Assembly: GCA_963796315.1 (NCBI GenBank)
Contig: CAWCLH010000020.1
Span: 689,039 to 753,038, forward strand
DNA: 64,000 nucleotides
Direction of reading: 5' to 3'
Origin: an uncultured Actinomycetota bacterium
Lineage (GTDB): Bacteria; Actinomycetota; Thermoleophilia; RBG-16-64-13
Of the stretch, positions 14,250 to 28,563 are shown piece after piece. A program made the translations under genes and the position numbers. The notes beneath the pieces were generated by a model. That model worked only from the letters and a program-made list of their open reading frames with translations. It was not told the DNA's origin and did no database searches. Every line of letters starts with the position of its first letter. Position 1 is the stretch's first letter.

Positions 14250-16193
14250 TCGGTCACCGTCACGTCGGCCGGAGCGGTGGGCGGGATATGGAAGTAGGAC
14301 TCCATCACCTGGCGGACGACCGGCGCGGCCACCGAGCTGCCGTGACCCCCCTGCTCCACCAGCGCGACCACCAGGATCTCCGGGTCGTTGGCCGGAGCGT
14401 ACCCCATGAACCAGGCGTAGTCCTTCTCGGGCTTCTTCTCCGCGGTGCCGGTCTTGCCCGCCACCGGGATGGGGAATCCCTGGAAGGCGGCGTAGGCGGT
14501 GCCGTTCGGGTCGGCCGTCACGCCCAGCAGACCCTTGCGTATGGCGGCCAATTCGGTGGCCTTCAGGGTGATCTGGTTCCGCCGCTCCGTCTCGAACCGG
14601 TGGATCACGTTACCGGAGGCGTCGGTGATCTCGCGGCCCAGGCGGGGCACCAGCACGTCCAGTACGTCTTCCTTGGGCGCGCCCTTGCCCTGCTGCGCCG
14701 GCTTGGCATCGGCGAAGGCCGCGAACGCCGTGGCCAGCTGCAGCGGCGTGACCAGCAGGTCGCCCTGGCCGATCGACAGGTTGACGTCGTCGCCGGTGTA
14801 CCAGATACGGTCGGACGCGGTCTTGCCCGACCCGTTTCTTCCAGACCTTGTCCGGGACCCGGCCGGCGTACTCGCCGGGCAGGTCGACCCCGGTGGGCTG
14901 CCCGAAGCCGAACTGACTGACGCCGTCCTGCAGCACCGGCCCGGTCTGCCCGTGCAGAAGCTTGCCCAGGTTGTAGAAGTAGACGTCGCACGACTCGGTC
15001 AGCGCCTGCACCAGGTTGACGTCGCCGTGGCCGTCGGGCTTCCAGCAGCGCCAGACCTGCTGGTTGATGCGGAACGTACCCGGGTCGTTGAAGAGCGTAT
15101 CCGGTGGTGATCAGCCCGTCTCCGGAGCGCGGTGGCGGCCACGAACGGCTTGAAGGTGGAACCCGCCGGATAGCGCCCCATGATGGCGCGGTTCAGCAGC
15201 GGGTCGTGGGCGTCGGGAGCGGTGAGCGCCTTGAAGGTCTTGTTCGGCATACCCCCTACCCACAGGCGTGGGGCTGTACGACGGATAGGAGGCCATCGCC
15301 AGGATCTCGCCGGTCTTCGGGTCGAGCGCCACGACCGCGCCCGCGGCCGCCTCCTTGAATCCTGCCGCTCGGGCCCGCAGGATGCCCTCGTTGACCGCCT
15401 TCTCCGCCGCGGCCTGGACAGTGCTGTCGATGGTCGTCACCAGGTTCTTGCCCGGCTGCGGGTCGACTTCCTCCAACACGCGCTTCGGCCGCCCGCGGAA
15501 GTCCACCTCCACCGTGCGGTTGCCGTCGGTGCCGCGAAGGTAGCTGTCGTACTGCTGCTCGATCCCGTCCTTGCCGATCTGGTCGCCCGGCTTCAGGCCG
15601 CGGTAGACGTCCTCGCCCAGCTCGGCGTCGGAGATCTCTCCCACGAAGCCCAGCACGTGGGCGGCCAGCATGGTCTTCGCCCGGGCCAGCGGGTACTCGC
15701 GCAGGGAGGTCTTCTCCACCCGCACGCCGGGGAACTCCAGGCTGTGCTCCTTCAGGTAGGCCACCACCGGGGTCTCGGACACGTCGTCCTTGATCGGGAC
15801 CACGACGTACGGGTTGGCCTCGCCCCGCGCGAGCTTGGCCCGGATCTCCTCCTCCGGGACGTGCAGCAGCGTCGCCAGGCGGGGCAGGACGATGTCCTCG
15901 TCCCGCAGGTCCATGGGCAGGATGCCGACCGTCAGGCCCGCACGGTTCTCCACCATGGCCTTGCCTTGCCGGTCGTAGATCACGCCGCGAGGAGCCGGTA
16001 CCGCCACCACGCGCGTCCGGTTGTTGTCCGCCAGGACGACGTAGTGGTCCCCGGACAGGACCTGCAGGAACCACAGGCGGAAGGCCAGGATGCCGAACAG
16101 GGCCACGGCGACGGCGACGATGAGGCCCAGGCGCACGCCGAGCGAGACGTCGTCGCTGGGGGCCCGGTGCTTTCGGACAGGCTCGAGGAACAC
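14246..16193 (-). CDS. mrdA: penicillin-binding protein 2, several frameshifts at 14800-15280
   Basis: RLWFLQV..PAPRGVIYDR, GKDGIEQQYD, PAGSTFK (SxxK), SCD (SxD), GKTGTAE (KTG). Confidence 0.93.
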
Positions 16194-16201
16194 CGCGACT
16201 C

Positions 16202-16741
16202 CTACCGGAACGACGGGCCGGTAGCCTGCCCGGCTCGTCGGATCACGTGCAGGCGGCCCAACACCATGGACAGTGGAGCGGCGACCAGGGCGTCCAGCGC
16301 CGCCGCCGGCAGCATCTGGATGCGCACCATCGTCAAGAAGCCGAGCCCCTCTCCGATCAAGAACTGGAAGAGTCCGTACAGCCCCTGACTGGCCAGGGAC
16401 ACCACCGCGGTCCCGAGCACGATCGTCCAGGCGTTGACGACGCCGATCTCCTCGCTGTACCGCCCCACCGCGTACCCGGCCAGCAGGTAGACGAAGGCGC
16501 GCCATCCCACCGGATCGAGGAAGACCAGGTCCGCCACCAGGCCCGCGGCGAAGCCGAACACGGCCCCGGTCAGCGAACCCCGGTCCAAGCCGACCAGCAC
16601 CACCAGGACGATGAAGAGGTCGGGAGTGACGCCCAGCACGGTCAGCCGGGCCGAGAGGACGGTCTGCAGGGCCACGGCCGCCACCAGCACCAGGGTGAGC
16701 CGGCTCACGGTGGCCAGGTGGTCGGGACGGGTGGCGCCCAT
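16202..16741 (-). CDS. mreD: rod shape-determining protein MreD
   Basis: Hydrophobic ORF with VTPDLFIVLVV..GAVFGFAAGLVADL, between mreC and mrdA. Confidence 0.9.
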   Translation of the reverse strand: MGATRPDHLATVSRLTLVLVAAVALQTVLSARLTVLGVTPDLFIVLVVLVGLDRGSLTGAVFGFAAGLVADLVFLDPVGWRAFVYLLAGYAVGRYSEEIGVVNAWTIVLGTAVVSLASQGLYGLFQFLIGEGLGFLTMVRIQMLPAAALDALVAAPLSMVLGRLHVIRRAGQATGPSFR

Positions 16742-17692
16742 CACTTCGGCTTCGCGGTGGTCGAGGTACCGGAGGCGGCGGACGCGGCCGGCCCGACGGC
16801 GGTCAGCGCCTCGGCGGCCGGCGAGACCGGGGTCAAGAGGACCATCACCTCTTCCAGCGTGCGGAAGTCGACGAAGGGGCGGACCTCGATCTGCTTGTAG
16901 CTGTTCACGTCCTCCTGCCCCACGCTCTCGACGATGCCGACGGGGATGCCCTTGGGAAAGATGCTGACCCGGTTGAAACCCGAGGTGACCACGATCCGCT
17001 TCTCCTGCACGGGCTGATCCCGCTCCACGTAGTCCATCACCAGCTTGCCCGACACGCTGCCCTCCAGGATGCCCTCCGCCCGCAGTCCTTGGACCACCAC
17101 GGCCACGCTCGACTCCGAGTCGCTGATCAGCTGGACCTGAGCGGCGTGGCTTGAGACCGCCACCACCTTCCCCACCAGACCCTTGCCGGAGAGCGAGTCG
17201 TCCACCGGCACCGTGGCCCCCACCACCGGCTGGTTGAGCGCGATGCCGTCGGCCGTGCCGCGGTCGATCTGCACCCACTCCTGCCACTTGGTGGGCGACT
17301 TGCCGATCACCCGGGCGGTGACGAAGCGGGTGCCCTCGGGGAAGCTCACCGCCTCCTTGAGCTGGAGCAGTCCTTTGAGACGCTGGTTCTCCTCGGAGGC
17401 CTCGCCCAGGGAGACCACCTGGCCGCGCAGGCGCTCGAGCTCCGCGAGCCATCTCCTTGTTCCGGCTGTTGGCGGCGAAGAGATCCCTGGTCCAGCGATA
17501 GCCGTCCTGGAACGGCTGGACGGCTTGGCTGGCGATCCGTTGGAGCGGCGAGAGCACGCCGGAACCGTCGTGTTGCGCCTGGTGGAGCGCGCCGGACGCG
17601 GGTTCGCGGAGGAAGGCCGTGAGCAACACGAGCGCGATGATGACGAGCGCGCCGATGATCAGCCGCCGCCTGACTGACTCGTTCCGTGGCAT
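16741..17692 (-). CDS. mreC: rod shape-determining protein MreC, frameshift near 17450
   Basis: N-terminal TM, coiled coil EENQRLKGLL, ARVIG, IDRGTADG, GLVGKV, VTSG..FPKGIPVG. Confidence 0.92.
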
Positions 17693-17708
17693 AGAGGGAC
17701 CTCCGCTA

Positions 17709-18811
<1,103 letters not shown>

Positions 18812-18945
18812 CCTGCTCCCCCGGACTGCGGCACGCCCTCGGCCCCGAACGGAGCGCCACGGGGTGTCGCCGGCGGCCGGGAGGGCGCCAGAAGGGGCCG
18901 CGGCGCGGTGCCGGCGGCCGGTCGAGAGACCGCCCTCCACCGGCC

Positions 18946-19601
18946 TCAGGGCACCCAGGTGCGCGTCAGCAGATCGAACCCCTGGCGGCGGAAGAGCTGC
19001 GCCACCAGGTGCACGGGCAGCCCCACCACGTTGGCGTACTCGCCGACGATGCCCTCGATGAACAGGGCGGCCAGACCCTGGATGGCATACGCCCCCGCCT
19101 TGTCCTCCCACTCGCCCGAGGCCAGGTACGCGTCCAGTTCGGCGTTGGTCCAGCGGGCGCACGTCCACCCGGGTGGAGGCCGCCCCGCTCAGCAGCCGGC
19201 CCGCGTCGCCGGGCGACGCCGGGTCGGCCTCGCCCAGCCGGGCCAGGGCCACACCCGAGATCACCTGGTGCGCCCGGCCGGACAGCAAGGCCAGCATGCC
19301 CCGGGCGTCGGCCTCGTCCGCGGGCTTCCCCAGCGGCCGGCCGTCGACCACCACCAGGGTGTCGGTACCCAGGACGAAATCGCCGGGAGCGGCCTGCGAC
19401 GGGAGCCGGGCGCCGGCGACCTTGGCCACGGCGTTCCCTTCGGCCAGGTGGGAGGGCCGGTCACCCTCCAGACGCTCCTCCGACTCGGAGGGAACCACGG
19501 TGAAGGGGACTCCCAGGCCGTCGCAGCAGCTCGCGCCGCCGGGGGGACTGCGAGGCCAGGTAGAGGCGGAAGTCCGCGGGGAAGGGAGGTCGACGGTCCA
19601 T
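18946..19601 (-). CDS. maf: Maf family nucleotide pyrophosphatase, frameshifts near 19515 and 19155
   Basis: [59 protein letters not shown]. Confidence 0.9.
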
Positions 19602-19615
19602 GCGGTCCCGGCCCG

Positions 19616-20039
19616 TCAGGCGATGAGGTCCTCCGGGCGGAAGTAGAGGCCGATCTCCCGTTCCGCGCTCTCCAGGCCGTCGGAGCCGTGGACCACGTTC
19701 TCCCCGATCTCCAGGGCGAAGTCGCCGCGGATGGTGCCCGGCGCCGCCTCGATGGGGTTGGTCGCTCCCATCATGTCGCGGACCACCTTGACCGCCGACT
19801 CTCCCTCCACCACCATGGCGACGATGGGCGACGGAGGTGATGAAGTCCACCAGGTCGGCGAAGAAGCCCTTGCCCCGGTGCTCCTCGTAGTGGCGCTCGG
19901 CCAGTTCGCGGGACACCTGCAGCATCCGCAGCCCGGTCAGCCGCAGACCGCGCCGCTCGAACCGCCCGATCACCTCGCCCACCAAGCCCCGGGTCACGCC
20001 GTTCGGCTTGACCAGCACCAGCGTCCGTTCCGTCGCCAT
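19616..20039 (-). CDS. ndk: nucleoside-diphosphate kinase, one-base insertion near 19832
   Basis: [23 protein letters not shown]; [21 protein letters not shown]. Confidence 0.95.
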
Positions 20040-20144
20040 ATCGGTCCTCCTCGCTCCTTCAGTCCTCGTCGGCGGGCGGAGCCCACCCCTCACAGCAAAG
20101 CGGCGGCCGCAGCCGCCGCGATCTCGCCCCTCGGTCCACGCCGA

Positions 20145-20678
20145 TCAGATGGTGCCCCGGTAGGCCTCCCGCGCCGGTCCCGTCTGGCCGGTGCTCGGGG
20201 TAGGGGACGAGCTGGTCGCCTGGGGCAGACCGGCGTCCTGGCCGCAGTAGGGACATACCTTCCAGGAGTGCTCCAGCGGCCGGCCGCACGAGACGCAGGT
20301 GCTGCGCAGCGGCCGGCGGCACTTGGGGCAGACCACGTAGTCCTCCCGCACCGGCTCCCGACAGTTGGGGCAGGCCCGGACACCCCGCAGCTCCAGTTCC
20401 ATCGCCCGCATCTCGAGCTCGCGCTCGCGCACGTCGGAGAGGTACTCCGCCGGTCGCAGGATGGCGTAGACCAGCGTGCCGATGAAGGGAAAGACCAGCG
20501 AGGTCGCCGTGGCGACGCCGACGATCAACGGATCTTCGATGCGCTTGCGGGCGTCCTTCAGCGTCCAGAAGACCAGCGAGAGCCACAACGTGACCAGAGA
20601 GAAGAGCAAGAGATACCAGAGCAGCGTCCAGATAGGACTGGCGATGATGTCCTGTACCCGTTGGAAGAGATTGTCCAC
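20145..20678 (-). CDS. membrane protein with double zinc ribbon (four CxxC)
   Basis: Two TM segments (..DARKRI..ILRP), then CPNC, CPKC, CVSC and CPYC; GTG start after GGAGG. Confidence 0.85.
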   Translation of the reverse strand: MDNLFQRVQDIIASPIWTLLWYLLLFSLVTLWLSLVFWTLKDARKRIEDPLIVGVATATSLVFPFIGTLVYAILRPAEYLSDVRERELEMRAMELELRGVRACPNCREPVREDYVVCPKCRRPLRSTCVSCGRPLEHSWKVCPYCGQDAGLPQATSSSPTPSTGQTGPAREAYRGTI

Positions 20679-20760
20679 GCGCCCCCCTGTCCTCCTACAG
20701 CGACCAGGCGCCGGCGCGGCACCGGCGCGCACAGCATAACATCTGTCCTGCCCTGTCCAT

Positions 20761-22065
20761 CTAGCCCGCCAACGCTCGTTTCAGGTCGGCGATCAGGTAG
20801 AGCGACCCGGTGACCAGCACCACCTGGTTGGAGTTGGCCAGACGGTAGGCGCTCATGAGGGCCGAGCGCGGGTCGGTGTCCACAAACACCTCCGGTCCCT
20901 TCTCGATGGCCTCCAGCAGGGCCGCGAGCTCGGCGGCCGGGTAGGAGCGGGGGTTGGTGTTCTCGGTGACGAAGAGGATGTCGCAACGGGGCGCCAGGTC
21001 GGCCAGCATCTCGAGCGCGCCCTTGTCCCGCAGGATGGAGACCACCCCGATCAGGCGCCGCCGGTCGAGCAACTTGTCCAGCGAGCGGCCCAACTCCTTC
21101 ATGCCATGGGGGTTGTGCGCCCCATCCAGGATGCAGAGCGGCTGCTCGCTGATCACCTCGAGCCGGCCGGGGATGGTGGTGCACCGCAGCGCCCGCCGCA
21201 CCACCCCGATGTCCGGCGCCTCGTCCCAGGAAGAGCTCGAGGGCGCCCAGGGCCACCGCCGCGTTGACCTCCTGGTAGCTCCCCAGGACGGAGAGCCCGA
21301 TGCCCGTGTAGAGGTCGTACCGGCCGAACACGTCGAAGGTCGAGCGGCCGTTCTCGTTGAGGAGCGAGACGTCCTCCCCGAGGAAGCTGACCGTGGCCCC
21401 GCGCTCGGCGCAGATGGCCCGCAGAGCGATCGTGGACGTCCGGATCCAGGAGGCCGGCCATCACCTTGCCTCCCGACGGGATGACCGCGGCCTTCTCCTC
21501 CAGGATGGCGAGCGGGGTCTCGCCCAAGAGCTCGGCGTGCTCCAGACCGATGCTGGTCAGCACCTGCACCTCGGACTCGATGATGCTGGTGGCGTCCCAC
21601 CGCCCGCCCAGCCCGGCCTCGATCACGGCCACCTCGCAGCCCGTGCTCGGCGAAGGTCAGGAAGGCGGCCGCCGTCAAGACCTCGAACTGGGTCAGCCGT
21701 TCGCCCTCCGGCAGCGAGGCCTCGATCTCCTCCGCGACCGGCTTGACCCGAGAGACCGTCTCGTAGAACTCCTCCTCGGTGGTCGGCGCGCCATTGATCA
21801 GTTGGCGCTCCGCCAGGCTGACCAGGTGGGGACGAGACGTAGGTACCCACCTTGAAGCCCGACTCGGTCAGCAGGGAGGAGAGGAACCGCGTGGTGGACG
21901 TCTTGCCGTTGGTGCCGACCACGTGGATCGTCCGGTAGGCCAGGTGGGGACTGCCCAACGCCTCGCACAGTCGCCGGACGCGGTCCAGACCCAACCGGAT
22001 CCCCAGCATCTCCAGACCCTCGACGTACGCCCGGGCGTCGTCCAACACGCACTGTCCACGATCAT
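20761..22065 (-). CDS. folC: folylpolyglutamate synthase/dihydrofolate synthase, several frameshifts
   Basis: IRLGLDRV, IHVVGTNGKTST, VIEAGLGGRWDAT, PGRLEV..ILDGAHNPHG, VTGSLYLI. Confidence 0.92.
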
Positions 22066-24734
22066 AGGTCGAGCTCCTCACCGATACGTTCCCGATACTG
22101 CCTGCGCAGGTCCGCCAGGAGCGTCTTCGGCCCTGGCCAAGCGGTCCCGTTCCTCCTCGACCACCGCGGCCGGCGCCTTGGCGACGAACCCCTGATTGTC
22201 CAGCTTCTTGCGGGCGCGTGCCGCCTCGGCCGTGGCCTTCTCCGCCCGGCCGCGCAGCCGCCCGCGTTCGCGCTCCACGTCGACGAAGCCCTCCAGGGCC
22301 AGCAGGGCCCGCACGTCCGGACCCTCCACCGACGCGAACCGGCCGTCGGGCAGCAGCGTCCCCGGAGGCCATGACGCCCACCACCTCGCACGCGGCCAGC
22401 TGGCGCAGGGACCGGGCCTCGTGGGCCACCGCCTCGGCGGCCGCCGGGTCGGCCGCCACCAAACGCACCTGCCCGACCGCGTCGCGCGGCACCTCCAGCT
22501 CGTCGCGCGCCGAGCGCAGGCCGGCCACGATGGCCACCACGTTCTCCATGGCCCGCTCGGCCGCCGGGTCGAGCCAGTCCGGGCTCCGGGTCGGGGAAGC
22601 GCCAGTCGAAGAGGCTCGCCGGCCGTTCGCCGCTCAGCACCTGCGGCAGGTGCTGGTAGATCTCCTCGGTGACGAAGGGCATGACCGGATGGAGCAGGGC
22701 CATCACCGCTCGAGCAGGGCCAGCAGGTTGCCGCTCGACCTCGCGGCGCTCCTGGGCATCGTCGCTGTAGAGGCGGGGCTTGGCCATCTCCAGGTACCAG
22801 TCGCACATCTCGTTCCAGACGAAGCGGTAGAGCAGCCGCGCGGCCTCGGCGAAGTCGTAGCCCTCGTAGAGCGCCGCCAGCTGCCCGCTGACCGTCGAGA
22901 GGCGGCTGAAGATCCACCGGTCGGACGTGGTCGCCAGGGTGACGGCGGGGCCGGCCTCCGGGTCCGCCCCCTGCAACACCAAGCGCGAGGCGTTCCAGAT
23001 CTTGTTGGCGAAGTTGCGCCCCATCTCGATGCGCTCGGCACTGAAGCGCACGTCCTGTACGGAGCTCATGTAGAGCAGACCGAAGCGGGTGGCGTCGGTG
23101 CCGTACTCCGCGATCAGCTCCAGCGGGTCCACGCCCGTGCCCAGGCTCTTGCTCATCCGTCGGCCGTCGGCCGCCAGGATCGTCGGATGGATGATGACGT
23201 CGCGGAAGGGGACCTTGCCCGTGAACTCCAGGCCCATCATGATCATCCGCGCCACCCACAGGTAGATGATGTCCCGGGCGGTGGACAGCACCGAGGTCGG
23301 ATAGAACTCGCGCAGTTCCGGGGTGTCTCTCCGGCCAGCCCAGGGTGGCGAACGGCCAGAGCGCCGAGCTGAACCAGGTGTCCAGCACGTCGTCGTCCTG
23401 GCGCACGGTCCCACCGCAGTCGGGGCAGGCGGTCGGCTCGTCCAGGGAGACGATCACCTTCTCGCACTCGTCGCAGTACCACACCGGCAGCCGGTGCCCC
23501 CACCAGAGCTGCCGGCTGACGCACCAGGGGCGGATGCCCCGCATCCAGTCCAGGTAGACGTCCTTCCAGCGCTCGGGCACGAAGCGGACCTCGCCCCGCT
23601 CCACCACCTCGATGGCCGGCGCCGCCAACCGTTTCATGTCCATGAACCACTGCAAGCGAGAGCAGCGGCTGGATCACCGAGCCGCAGCGGTAGCAGGTGC
23701 CCACCGAATGGGTGTAGTCGTCGGCGCGGACGAACAGCCCGCGCGCCTGGAGGGCCTCGACCACCCGCGTCCGCGCCTCGTCCACCTCGAGGCCGCGGAA
23801 CTCGCCGGCCTCCGCGTTCATCCGGCCGTCGAAGTCGATGACCGACACCGCCGGCAGGTCGATGCCGCTGCCCGATCTCCCAGTCGTTGGGGTCGTGCCC
23901 CGGGGTGATCTTGAGCGCCCCGGTCCCGAACTCCGGGTCCACGTGCTCGTCGGCGATGATGGGCACCTCGCGCTCGACCAGGGGGACCACCGCGGTGCGG
24001 CCCACGTACTTGCCGTAGCGGGGGTCTTTGGGGTTCACCGCGATGGCCGTGTCGCCCAAGATCGTCTCCGGCCGGGTGGTGGCCACCGTCAGGCTCTCCT
24101 CCGCGCCCACGATGGGGTAGCGGACGTAGTAGAGCTTGTCGGTCCGCTCCACGTGCTCCACCTCCAGGTCCGAGATGGCCGAGCCGCAGTGGGTGCACCA
24201 GTTGACCAGGTAGACGTCGCGGTAGATGTCGCCCTTCTCGTACAGGCTGACGAACACGCGCAGCACGGCCTCGTGGTAGGCCTCGTCCATGGTGAAGCGC
24301 TCGCTCCCGTAGTCGCAGGCGCAGCCCAGGCGCTTCAGCTGGTGGATGATGGTCGAGCCGTACTCCTCCCGCCAGTCCCACACCCGCTGCTCGAAGCCGT
24401 CCCGCCCCAGGTCGTACTTGCGGAGGCCCTCGCTGGCCAGCTGGGCCTCCACCTTCGCCTGGGTGGCGATGCCGGCGTGGTCGGTGCCCAGCACCCAGAG
24501 CGTGTTGAAGCCCCGCAGGTGGTGATAGCGGATCAGGGCGTCCTGGATGGTGCCGTTCAGCGCGTGCCCCATGTGCAGCGACCCGGTGACGTTGGGCGGA
24601 GGGATGGCGATGGAGTAGCTCGGCCGCGAGGGGTCGACGTCCGAGTGGAACGCGTCGCGTTCCAGCCAGGCGGCCATCAGCCGCTCCTCCACCTCATGCG
24701 GCGCGTAGCGGGCGGGCATGGTCACGTCGGTCAC
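22062..24734 (-). CDS. valS: valine--tRNA ligase, several frameshifts
   Basis: [57 protein letters not shown]; C-terminal coiled coil [10 protein letters not shown]. Confidence 0.96.
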
Positions 24735-27267
24735 TCGGACTCCTCTCCGCTCGTCCCTGCGGTCGGGGGCGCGCCTGCGCTCAGCACCCAGGGCACCACC
24801 TCGGGGAAGCGCGCCACATAGACGATCTCCAGGCCCCGCAGGAGCTCGGCCGAGACCTCCTTGACCTGCCCCTGCATGCCGTCGGGAAGGATGACGACGA
24901 GCACGCCCTCCCGCCGCGCCGCCAAGCAGCTTCTCTTTCAGCCCGCCCACCGGCAGGACCTGGCCGGTCAGGGTGATCTCGCCGGAGAGCGCCACCCGCG
25001 GCAGCAACGGCACCTGCGTCAGCGCGGACAGCAGGGACACCGCCACGGCCACGCCGGCGGACGGGCCCTCCTTGGGCACGCGCGCCCTCGGGCAGATGCA
25101 TGCGCACCTCCAGCGCCGACAACAGCTCGTGGTCGCTGGGGCCCGGCGCCTCGCCCTCGGCGACCTCGCCGCCTTCGGCCTCTCCTGCCTCCACCAGGGT
25201 GCCCGGCTCGCCGGGACCGTCGCCCCCCAGCCCCTCCGGCGGCGTGAAGTGCTCGGCCAGGTAGGCCCGGCCGGGCGATCCCTCCCACAGCGCGCGCAAC
25301 ACGGGCTCGCGGGTCAGGGTGGTCTTGAGATAGCCCCAGGCAGCCGTCACGCTCTCCTGCATGACCTCGCCCAGCTGACCGGTCAGGTGGAAATCGCCCT
25401 TACCCGGGCGCCACCACCGTCTCGATCCGCAGGATGTCTCCCCCGGCGCCGGTGTAGGCCAGACCGGTGCTCACCCCCACCAGCGGCTCGTCCTCCAAGC
25501 GGGGGCGCAGGTAGGGGCGGGCGCCCAGCAGGCGCTCCACCTCTCGGGGGCCCACGCGGCGGGGCAGGGGCTTGGCGTCGACCCGCAACCGCGCCAGCTT
25601 CCGGTACACCTTGCCGATGAGCCGGGCCAGCTCGCGCACGCCCGCCTCCCGGGTGTACTCCTCGATGATCAGACGGAGGGCGGAACGGGTGACCACGTCC
25701 CCCAGCTCGGCCAGGCCGTTCTCCTCGGCCAGCTTGGGCAGCAGGTGGCGCCGGGCGATCTCCTCCTTCTCTCGGTCGGTGTACCCGGGCAGGCGGATGA
25801 CCTCCAGCCGGTCGTGCAGGGTCTCCGGGATGTCCTCCTCGTAGTTGGCGGTGGCGATGAAGAGGACATGCGAGAGGTCGTAGTCGAGCTCCAGGTACGT
25901 GTCGCGGAAGGCGTGGTTCTGGACCGGGTCCAGCACCTCCATCAGGGCCGCCGCCGGGTCGCCGCGCCAGTCGGACTCCATCTTGTCCAGCTCGTCCAGG
26001 ATGACCACCGGGTCGTCCACCCCGGCGCGCTTCAGCGCGTCCAGGATGCGGCCGGGCATGGCGCCCACGTAGGTGCGGCGGTGGCCCCGGATCTCGGCCT
26101 CGTCGCGGACGCCGCCCAGGCTGATGCGCTGCAGGGGCCGCCCCAGCCCCTCGCCGATGGCGAGGGCGATGGAGGTCTTGCCCACGCCGGGCGGGCCCAC
26201 CAGGCAGAGCACCGTGTTGGGCGGGGTGCCCTCCCGCAGGCGGGCCACCGCCAGGTACTCGATGATGCGGTCCTTGACGTCCTCCAGGCCGTAGTGCGTC
26301 TCGTCCAGCACCCGGGCGACCGCGACCACGTCGGGCAGCTCGGCGCCCGAGCGCTTGCCCCAGGGCAGGGCGAGCGCGTGTGTCCAGATAGCCGGTGGCC
26401 ACGGCCACCTCGGCGGAGAACGGGGGGAGGTCGCCCAACCGGCGGATCTCCTTGGTGATGGCGGCGGCCGCCGCCTCGGGCAGGTTCTTCTCCTGCAGGA
26501 GCTTCAGGTACTTGCCCTGCTCGCCCTCTTCCTCGGCCTCCTCGCCCAGCTCCTCGCGGAGCACGCGCAGTGCGCTCGCGCAGAAACACGCGCCGCTGGT
26601 GCCGTTCGATGTTGTCGTGCACCCGATCGGCGATGTCGTGCTCGATGACCAGGAACTCGTTCTCCTCGATCAGCATCTCGAGCAGCCCCATCAGCCGCGG
26701 CTCGACGTCCTCCCCCTCCAACAATGCCTGCTTGCGGTCCGGCGCCACCAGGAGGTGCGAGGCCACGATGTCGACCATGTCCTCCGGGTCGGTGACCGAG
26801 TCGAGGACGGTCTCCGCTTCCTCCGGCAGCTCGGGCGTCTCGGAGACGTACGCCGCGAACTCGCGCGCCACCGCCTCCATCAGCGCTCGGATGCGCGACC
26901 AGTTCTGGGGAGCCTTGGTCTCGAGCGGCCGCACGCGCACGGCGAAGTGGGGCGCCACCGAGTCGAAGGACTCGATGGTGACCCGGCTCTGCCCTTCGAT
27001 CAACGCCTTGACCGTGCCGTCGGTCAGGCGGGAGAACTGGACCACCTTGGCCAGCGTGCCCACCCGCTCGATGTCGTCTGCGTCGGGCTCCTCGACCGAG
27101 GCGAGCTTCTGCGCCGACAGGATCAGAGGGGTGCCGGTGACGTAGGCCTGCTCCAGGGCGCGCACCGACTTCTCCCGGCCCACGAAGATGCTGGTCAGCA
27201 TCTTCGGGAAGAGGATCAGGTCACGTGTCGCAAGGAGCGGAAGGGTCGTCCGCTGGAGATCGGGCAA
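24731..27267 (-). CDS. lon: ATP-dependent protease Lon, several frameshifts
   Basis: Lon N domain, [48 protein letters not shown] (Ser), VGGLKEK (Lys). Confidence 0.94.
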
Positions 27268-27280
27268 ACTCGCGCTCCCG

Positions 27281-28552
27281 CTAGGCCGATTCTTCGTCCA
27301 GCTCGAGCTCGTCGTGGACCGTGCTGGTGACCAGGGTCGGTTCGATCTGCTTCTCGATGACCTCTTTGGTCACCACGCACTTGCTCACGTCGCGGCGGCT
27401 GGGCAGCTCGAACATGACGTTCAGGAGGGCGTTCTCGATGATGGAACGCAGCCCGCGGGCGCCGGTCTCCCGCAGGATGGCCCGCTCGGCGATGGCGTCC
27501 AGCGCCTCGCTCTGGAAGATCAGCTCCACCCCGTCGTAGGCGAAGAACTTCTTGTACTGCTTGACCAGCGCGTTCTTGGGCTCGGTCAGGATGGCGACCA
27601 GATCCTCCCGCTTGAGCTGGTGGACGTTGGAGACGACGGGCAGCCGTCCGATGAACTCGGGGATCAGCCCGTACTCCAGCAGGTCCTCCGGGAGCACGTG
27701 GGCGAAGAGCTGACCCACGTCGCGGTCCTGCTTGCCCTCGATGATCGCGCCGAAGCCCACGCCCTTCTTCCCCACGCGCCGCTCGATGATCCTCTCGAGG
27801 CCGGCGAACGCACCCCCGCAGATGAAGAGGATGTTGGTGGTGTCGATGGTGAGGAACTCCTGGTGCGGGTGCTTGCGGCCGCCCTGCGGCGGGACGCTCG
27901 CGGTGGTGCCTTCCAGGATCTTCAGCAGGGCCTGCTGGACTCCCTCGCCGGAGACGTCCCGGGTGATGGAGGGGTTCTCCGCCTTGCGGGCGATCTTGTC
28001 GATCTCGTCGATGTAGATGATGCCCGTCTCCGCCTTCTTGACGTCGAAGTCGGCGGCCTGGATCAGCTTGAGCAGGATGTTCTCCACGTCCTCGCCCACG
28101 TAGCCCGCCTCGGTCAGCGCGGTGGCGTCGGCGATGGCGAAGGGGACGTTCAGGATGCGGGCCAGGGTCTGCGCCAGCAGGGTCTTGCCGCAGCCGGTGG
28201 GGCCGATCAGCATGATGTTCGACTTCTGCAGCTCGATGTCGGCGTCCTCGTACGCCCCCATCTGGACCCGCTTGTAGTGGTTGTACACCGCTACCGACAG
28301 GCTGCGCTTGGCCTCGTCCTGCCCGATCACGTAGTCCGAGAGGACGTCGTGGATCTCCTTGGGCTTGGGCAGGTGCTCGAGATCGAGCGGGACCGGGGCG
28401 GCCAGCTCCTCGTCGATGATCTCGTTGCAGAGATCGATGCACTCGTCGCAGATGTACACGCCGGGACCGGCGATCAGCTTCTTGACTTGGCGTTGGCTCT
28501 TCCCGCAGAAGCTGCAGAGCAGCTGTTCGGAGCCTCCAGACGACTTGGGCAC
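27281..28552 (-). CDS. clpX: ATP-dependent Clp protease ATPase subunit ClpX
   Basis: CSFCGK..ICDECI zinc finger, [25 protein letters not shown] loop; intact. Confidence 0.98.
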   Translation of the reverse strand: MPKSSGGSEQLLCSFCGKSQRQVKKLIAGPGVYICDECIDLCNEIIDEELAAPVPLDLEHLPKPKEIHDVLSDYVIGQDEAKRSLSVAVYNHYKRVQMGAYEDADIELQKSNIMLIGPTGCGKTLLAQTLARILNVPFAIADATALTEAGYVGEDVENILLKLIQAADFDVKKAETGIIYIDEIDKIARKAENPSITRDVSGEGVQQALLKILEGTTASVPPQGGRKHPHQEFLTIDTTNILFICGGAFAGLERIIERRVGKKGVGFGAIIEGKQDRDVGQLFAHVLPEDLLEYGLIPEFIGRLPVVSNVHQLKREDLVAILTEPKNALVKQYKKFFAYDGVELIFQSEALDAIAERAILRETGARGLRSIIENALLNVMFELPSRRDVSKCVVTKEVIEKQIEPTLVTSTVHDELELDEESA

Positions 28553-28563
28553 CGGCTCGTCTC

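Noticed and set aside
24731-24780. T-box leader for valS
   Set aside because: The valS start overlaps the lon stop, leaving no room for a leader.
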